From: Adineta vaga
Taxonomy: Eukaryota; Animalia; Rotifera
Assembly: GCA_021613535.1 (NCBI GenBank)
Contig: CP075495.1
Location: 5,890,001 to 5,954,000, forward strand
DNA length: 64,000 nt
Reading direction: 5' to 3'
Below, one piece after another: positions 56,543-64,000 of this stretch. The notes under the pieces are model-generated. The model saw only the letters and a list, made by a program, of their open reading frames with translations. It made no database searches and was not told the DNA's origin. Every line of letters begins with the position of its first letter. The stretch's first letter is position 1. Made by a program: the position numbers and the translations under genes.

Positions 56543-56970
56543 TTAAATAGATATACGACAATATCTTTCGAAATCATAAACTATTAGTGAATAATCATCA
56601 GCTGAGCTGCTGATTATATATATAGAGAAAAATAAAAGTAAGAGCGGATTCGATTCTTCTCGCAGCCATGCAAAATTGATGTACTTGACATATCAGATGG
56701 CGCTGGGTTCCTGTCGCAGAATAATTTCGAAAAACTTAGTCTTGAAGAAGATTCTTACCGTAGTCACAAACATCTTTAGTAACATAGGAACAAATAATCG
56801 AACTGTTTATCTGTGAAATACAGATGATAGAAAATATCGATAGTCTATATTCTATTTTCTTATTGAATAACAGTTGAAAACGAAGAAAAAAAAGGAAAAC
56901 AATCACAATATTTGTTAAAACAGACAAGAACAACAAATGATACATCTTAAGAAAAACTAAGAAATTTTAT

Positions 56971-59603
56971 TTAAGAATCCAATATGTTGTTCTCTTCATC
57001 GGCCATTAGTCTTTCAAGTTCTTCACCTAATTCACTGATTGCTTTTTGTTGTGAAACTTTTGTTTTAACATATCTTCTATACGAACATGTATGACCATAA
57101 CGATTTAATAATGTAATAACTTGTCTTGGTGTACAACAAAAATCTTCTTTAGCTATTTCATCAGCTAGAAGATAATGTTTTTGTGAAATTCGATGATCAT
57201 GTCGAGCACTGATTATATCTGATGCTAAACTTAATATTCGCACATTTCGATCTGAATGATTCGATATTTTATTATTGTTTTCAGTTTCGAATAGATCATC
57301 ATCAATCATTTTATAAAAATCATATTGATGAAGAATTTTATCAAATTGTCGTTCACTGGCTGTAATTAAACCAATGGTATTTCGTAATAATAATGGTGGT
57401 AATCTATGAATCTGTTCAGAATCACGAATATAGAGACGAATTTTACGAATAGCATTCATAACTTCTTCACATGTTTGACGTTGTAAATCCATAGGTGTAG
57501 GACGAGTAGTCGTAGTTGATGAAATTAAAGGCTAAAATTGAATGAATGATCGTTATTATGAAAGAATCTAGAAGTAAAAAGATATTACTTCAATAATTTT
57601 CTCTTGCTGTTCTTTGCCATATTTAATTGCTAATTCTACATAACGATCAATATTATTAATGGCAATAAATGTTCCTTCAGATCTTTTTGGTGTTACAAAG
57701 ACAAATTTCTTTGGATAAAATTTTTCAATTAAATTTTTCACACGTTCACGTTTTGCACTTTCACGTTTTGGATTTTCGAATGATGATCCATAATTTTCCT
57801 TACATAATTCGATGTATTTTTTCGATACATCACCCATTGAAAGGGGATTTTCGGATGAATTGAATTGTTCCATCAACCAATCAAATAATTCTTCTATTTC
57901 CGGTGGTGGTTTTGGTACATAGGTAGGTTTTGTGAAGATATGATCATATTGAAGTGGATTGGTTGGTTTAGCTAACGGTGGCGGTTTCATATGTCGAAGA
58001 CGGATAGCAGCAGTTGTATTGATCTTTTAATTCGAAAAAATAAAATAAAACGAGACTTGTATGAAGTATGAGAAGATCGAATTGAATGAATTTCGTAAAT
58101 CATCAAGAGCGATTATGTTTCTCTACCTGGACGAGCTTACCTTTTGTGAATTATTGACTGTTGCATGAGACACTGAAAATGTATCTGGTTCATTTATACA
58201 ATCATCATCAATGGCCAAATCATTTGTTACCAAATCTATAGAGAATAGAATTACAAATCAATATTGAAAAGTTATCAACAAAAAATAATAAACCTGTTGT
58301 TGTTGTTGGAATATTATCAATTTCAGTCAACTCCAATCTTTTACTTCGTTTCGTATAAAATTCAATTTCTTCTGGTTTAAGCTAACAGATGAAAAATGAT
58401 GACGAATGATCGAAATGAGTGTACATAAAAAATACGAACTCGTTCCATACATGGTCGAAAAAGACACGATAAAGCACTAAGTTGAAGTTCAGCATTGTTT
58501 GTTTCTATAAATTGACCACTGGCATTGTAGACGCTGTTTCCATTGAAATTATCGACCTTCCGTCGGCATCTGATTGTGATTCATTGACATTTGAACAATT
58601 TCTTTCATCTTCTGCACATGACGTAATATATCGTGATTGTTTTTGTTCTATTGATTTACTCTTAACATGATAATGATAATATCGATGAAGTTTTCTCATA
58701 CATGTTTCATGTATATAAGCATCAAGTAAAGATTGACTCATTGATCTTCCGTATTTAAGTCGAAGTGCTTCAGCTATTTGATTAGCCATATAATTCGACA
58801 CGATTTGTTTTATTTTATCACGTAATGTGGAATTATATCGATTACATACTACACAAGCACGTTGACGACGTTCAATTAAATGTTTATTTACATGTGATGG
58901 TAATGGCATTCGTGAACGATTTTGAATGATTGGTGTCTAAATTTGATAAAGTAGAACAATGACATATCTTAGAAATGTTGAGATTTATAAATTAAATTTC
59001 AGTTTTGTTTTAAATATATTTTAACCTATAGGAAAGACAATATGGCGTAGTTCGACATATGTCCATCAAACTTTGCTATTATCGATGTTAATTATACTTT
59101 CAGTAGTGTGTCAACATATGTTTTTCTGTCTGCTTGCTATATCATATTAGACAGTGTCAAAAACTATAGTGGATAGCATTTGTCAAATCAAGGTCTTACG
59201 GTTGGATAAAAAATAGTAATACGTCTATTCTTTCTAAGTCGATGGAGTCTTTCGTCGCGACTAATATAACACTAGATTCTACTATATCAGTAGCATTTCA
59301 AAAGTTTCTAACCTGATCTTGTTCTTCATCGCTATCATCAAGTTCGACATCTAGAAGATCGAAAATATTGTTTGAAGTGTCGGGATCGTTTGCAACGCAT
59401 ACATTGCGTACGATATTGTTGTAACATTTTTTATGTACAAGTTGATTGAATATCGGTTGATCTAGTTCTTCTCCATTATGTTGTCGTCGATAACCTTCAA
59501 GTAATTTTTCAGCACGTTCCATTGGATAAACACGTGTGAATCTTGATCGATTAGTTCGTTCATTTTTCTTACAGAGAATACAATGACGCTGTTTATTTGA
59601 CAT
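56971..59603 (-). CDS. Six-exon gene (~630 aa) with two C2HC-type zinc-finger modules and a domain resembling the N-terminal, non-catalytic part of Academ-type DNA transposases
   Basis: Exons 59603-59313, 58936-58517, 58381-58294, ~58235-58141, ~58023-57589 and ~57531-56971 join in frame via GT-AG. Motifs 'CILC...VHKKCY', 'CVVC...IHETCM', and 'RILSLASDII...QKHYLLA...VITLLNRYGHTCSY'. Confidence 0.65.
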
Positions 59604-59945
59604 GAAGAGATTTTTTTTGTGAAACGAAATGAAAACCGTTGAAAGAACAGAACCATTCACATAATGAGAAACGTATTAGAATACGAATATAATATTGATT
59701 TTTTATCAAAACATTATTTTTTTAACTTAATTCACAATTTATCAGAACATTTTCTATACCAATTTTTATTATAGATGTCAATCTTCCTTTTTTTTCTCGA
59801 ACAATAAAGAGATCTAAAGTTTATATTTGATTGGTCGATAATATGAGTCAATGATAAATTTAGAAGATCTGGCGTTTCTTTTTCCTTTCCAGCAGACTTG
59901 ATTAATGTACGTTTCCTTCATTATTTACTAAGACTTTTCTCAAGA

Positions 59946-62900
59946 ATGGGTAGCTGTCCTAGTGCTCCCACTGAATTCGCGACGAATAGTCTCGATCCCT
60001 TATGCAATGGTGAACGAATGTGGACAACATTTTTGTTCTCATCATTATTTACACTTTTCGGCGGATGGTTCATTATTCTCATATATGATTTTACCAAAGC
60101 ATTAATTATAAAACCACGTCGATTAAAGCTCATCGCAGCTGTAAAACATCTATGTCGAGTAAATGATGTAAGTTTGAAAAGAAAAAGTATCTTTCTTATT
60201 GCATATTTAATAAATTCAATTTCTATAGTTCTCTGTAAGACGACCGAGTCTCCCATATACAGTATCAAATCGAGGAAATGATGAAACGAATGAAGATTAT
60301 TTCAGTTGGTTACAAGCAGTTAAAGAATGGGAAAATAACTTAATATCAGGTCAAACAAAAATGGGAAAAACATTGGTTTGATAGTTTACATTTTATCTTT
60401 TTCGAAAAAGCTTCTTTTCATATGTTATCAGGTTGGAATTATCTTCATTGGTAGTATCGCCTCATTGATACTATACTTCGTTGATACAAAAAATGCGTAA
60501 GTTTCAATGTAAAACCTTATTTCAAAACAAAAAATCAATTAATTTAACAGTCTATATGAAATCCTCGGAGAGTTTGTTGTTTAATCTCAAATGTATCGTA
60601 TTTTCTTTCGTAAAAGTACTTTTTATTAAAAATGCAAGACATGCCTTGTGTTTAATATAGTTCACATGAGCATAAATTTGACTGATAATTAGTTAGCTTT
60701 TTCCATCATGAAATCTGACGTAAAACATCTGTTTAATGAGAAATGATTGATGCGAAACAGAAAGCAACATTTACCGTTCTTTCTGTCGTAAATGACAAGT
60801 TTTCCTGTTGCATATTTTAAACAAACTAACAGTGCACACAACTACTGTCAAAGAACATAGAAAGAAAACGTTCGCTTTGACTATTTTAATAGATCATTTG
60901 GAATGCATGAGAAAATAATAGATGAAACAAACGACGTGTGTTGTAATGAAATATTTATGAGAGAATCTATTTGAATAATTGAAAGTTTTTTCACTTAACT
61001 TATGATGGAAAAAAGTTAAATATAGAATATTTCAATGAAATAATAAAATGGAAATCTAGTACTTTTGTTAAATAAAGATTTTTCTTTAGATATATCGAAT
61101 CATGTACTGATATCAATAAATCGTTTACCATGCAAGCTGATCTTGGTCTAAATGTTCTTTTTTTAATATATTTTTTTCTACGAGTTCGTTCATTAAATTT
61201 CCAGGTCATTCAATTCTATCTTCCTAAATATTTAGTTTACAGCATCACAACATAAACGACGCTTCTGGTTTAGTCTCTACTCAATTGTTGATATGTTTAC
61301 TATTCCACCATCATTTGTAGCATTATATCTCAATCGAAATTGGATTGGTAAAATAAAAGTCTTTTCCATGCATTTCTCTTCTCTATATATATATATATCA
61401 TAAAATATAGGTTTTCGTTTTCTTCGTGCAATTCGTATTATGAATACTCCAGATATTCTTCAATATATGGGTTTAATTGAACGACCACGAACGATACGTA
61501 TCGTTCAATTAGCTTCTCGTTTTATTGCAGTTTGGATTGCATGTGCTGGCGCAGTTCATCTTGCAGAAAATTCGGGTGACTTTTTTTGTAATTTTGAAAA
61601 TGCTCAAGAAATTGACGTATTCAATGCTATCTACTTCATGATTGTAACAATGACAACAGTAAATGAAATTTTCTTATCGAATTCTTTATTTTTCTATCGA
61701 TGAAAAAACTCATTTATAGGTTGGTTATGGTGATGTTTATTGCAAAACATATATTGGCAAATTTTTTATGCTCATGTTTCTTATTGGTGGATTGGTAATG
61801 AGAATAAATGGAGGAAAGTTTGATGAAATATATATGAATTGTTTTTTATAGGCATTTTTTGCAACAATGATCCCTGAATTTTCGACTTTATTTGGGAATA
61901 CTGGACAATATGCAGGTCGTTATCGAATTGTTAAAGGCAAACGGTAAGAAAATAACTTCCTCTCATGCGAACAATAAGAATTCTCGGCGAAAACAATCTT
62001 TTGTTTTGTTCTTATTTGTCGATGAGAAGATCATTTGAATGTCACGCAATTATTATGTATATAATAATATAAATATTCATCATGAAAAGAAATTTCCTGG
62101 AGAATTGAATAAACAATATCAAGGTTTACGGAACTTTATGCATGATTGATATTGTTTATTCTATGAAATGAAAGTATTATCATTAAAAATCTTCTCTGCT
62201 TCGCATCAGTCTCAAGAGATATTGACGAATGCACAGAAAAAATACATCTTCCTATCGTAATAGAACTCAATTAAGAATAGCTTAGTGGAGAAAATTATGT
62301 TTGAGATATTCAATAGAGGTACCCGATGGAGAAGAGGAAACTAATTTCGAATATTGATTGATTTTGTTTTTGATGAAAAAAACATAGATTATATTGTTAT
62401 TAACATAGTTAATAAGATAAAACTGAATTTGACAGTAAATCAATTAATAATTCTCATTACTTTCGTTTTATGGTGAATCATCAGATGAGAAAATAACTTT
62501 CATAATCCGAAGTACATTCATTATAGCTCACTATACTATTATGAATGAAAAACAAATACATGAAGTGTTGAAATTGTGTGTTTGAAAACTGAGAATAAAT
62601 AAATCTCATTTCATTGCCTAATTCAAATTATTATTTTAGCCATGTAATCATTTGTGGTCATATAACACCACATTCTATGACGACATTTCTACGTGATTTT
62701 CTACATAAAGATCGTGATCAAGCTGAAGAACTTGATGTTGTCATTATTAATAAGTATGATATCGTATGAACTCAAAAAGTCAAAATATATTAATTGTTTT
62801 TTTCTACTTTGTTTAAAGAAAAACACCAGAAATTGAAATGGAAGCTTTATTGAAACGATACTATACGAAAGTTCAATATTTTGTCGGAACTGTCATGAAT

Positions 62901-64000
62901 GTTGCTGATTTACATCGAATACAGGTATAGTTGTATTTTTTTAGTGACAATCCAACTGTTTTTTTCTTTTCGATGATAATTATGTTCAGGTTGATAAAGC
63001 AACTGCTTGTTTAATCATTGCTGATAAAGAATGTCCAGATCCTGATGGTGATGATTCAGCTAACATAATGCGAGTGATTAGTTTGAAAAATTTCAATCAA
63101 CGTACTCGAGTGTTATTACAACTTTTACACTATAAAAATAAAGTAATATTTTACAGATAGACGAGTTCTAAACATATACAAAAAAAATCTTAATTTCTAG
63201 ATGAATGTAGCTTCAATACCAGGTTGGAGTGCTAAAGATGGAGATGAAATTATTTGTATTGCAGAATTAAAACTTGGTTTAATTGGAATGTCGTGTACTG
63301 TACCTGGATTTTGCACAATGGTATCAAATAATCGAATGTGTAGAAATTTTATTACAAATAAAATATTATTTTCCTAGATGACGAATATTTTCCGTATGTC
63401 AGCTTATAAAACACGTTCATCACAAGAAATGGTACGTTGAAAACATCATCTTACATCAACATAAGTTCTCTATGTTGTTAAATGTTTAATTCGTTTCAGT
63501 CAAAAGAGTTAGACTTTTTGAAAGGGGGGCATTAATGATGACCAACATTTTCATTTATACAGTAAAATCAAAATTCTTCTCATAGTTCTACGTATGTCAT
63601 AAATTTTCAAGTTTCGATGATGAGAATGTAAGTTCATATATAAACGCCGGGAGTTTTGTATGCTTTTTGTATATTATTATTTTATATTATTATGGGGATA
63701 TAATTTATGACCAACAGGAAAATATGACTGGTCAATTTCTTGTTGAAATCTTGATCTTTCTATATTTTTGTTGATTATTCAAGAATATGCTTATAACACA
63801 CTGGATTTATTTTATAGAATGCTTATAATAATAATAATATTGATCGATTAACTCTTTTTCGTTTTTTTTATCGACTAGACACAAGCTTGGCATTGGCGTG
63901 AATTATATCATCGTGGCGCAGCAATGGAAATGTATCTTGAAGAGTTGCCACATTCATTTTATGGAAAAACATTCACCGAAATGGCATTGTATGTTCATTT
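59946..64000 (+). CDS. slo: Slo1/BK-family calcium-activated K+ channel alpha subunit, truncated by the window end
   Basis: S0 '[18 protein letters not shown]', '[31 protein letters not shown]', 'HLAENSGD', pore 'TMTT|[10 protein letters not shown]', RCK1 'HVIICGHIT...[10 protein letters not shown]', '[13 protein letters not shown]', '[11 protein letters not shown]'. Confidence 0.93.

Noticed and set aside
63880-63945. Apparent loss of the RCK1 Ca2+ ligand (YHRG versus mammalian YLEG) in slo
   Set aside because: The relevant Glu is the one in (N/M)EMY, which is retained. As I recall, invertebrate Slo1 also has RG at this position.

Overview
Eukaryotic, strongly AT-rich, gene-dense animal DNA with many short (~45-70 nt) GT-AG introns. 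Intron size, composition and a receiver-like/ART/TPR gene point to a bdelloid rotifer (inference). I could splice about 24 genes by hand. They are a PDZ-ZM Zasp-like gene, hnRNP A/B/D (squid-like), ARNT, an intronless bacterial/giant-virus-type glycosyltransferase, SLC35B2, AK2, a CIA30-domain gene, an SLC5 cotransporter, TMX, HES, a DRC8/EFCAB2-like gene overlapped by a dynein-stalk-like ORF, an orphan, a peptide GPCR, a 7-exon furin-site/PSAP/PPxY membrane protein missed by the ORF track, a short orphan ORF, FAM110, an atypical Shaw/Kv3, RPS28, GRASP/tamalin, Rec-ART-TPR, MTMR14, a 6-exon gene resembling the non-catalytic N-terminal half of an Academ-type transposase, and a Slo1/BK channel running off the window. 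I recognised no rRNA, tRNA, CRISPR array or intact transposon. The best leads are the apparently domesticated transposase-derived zinc-finger gene, the overlapping dynein-stalk/DRC8 pair, the late-domain membrane protein, the HGT-like glycosyltransferase and the probable pseudo-ART TPR protein. All family calls come from remembered motifs, not database searches, and exon borders were read by eye.
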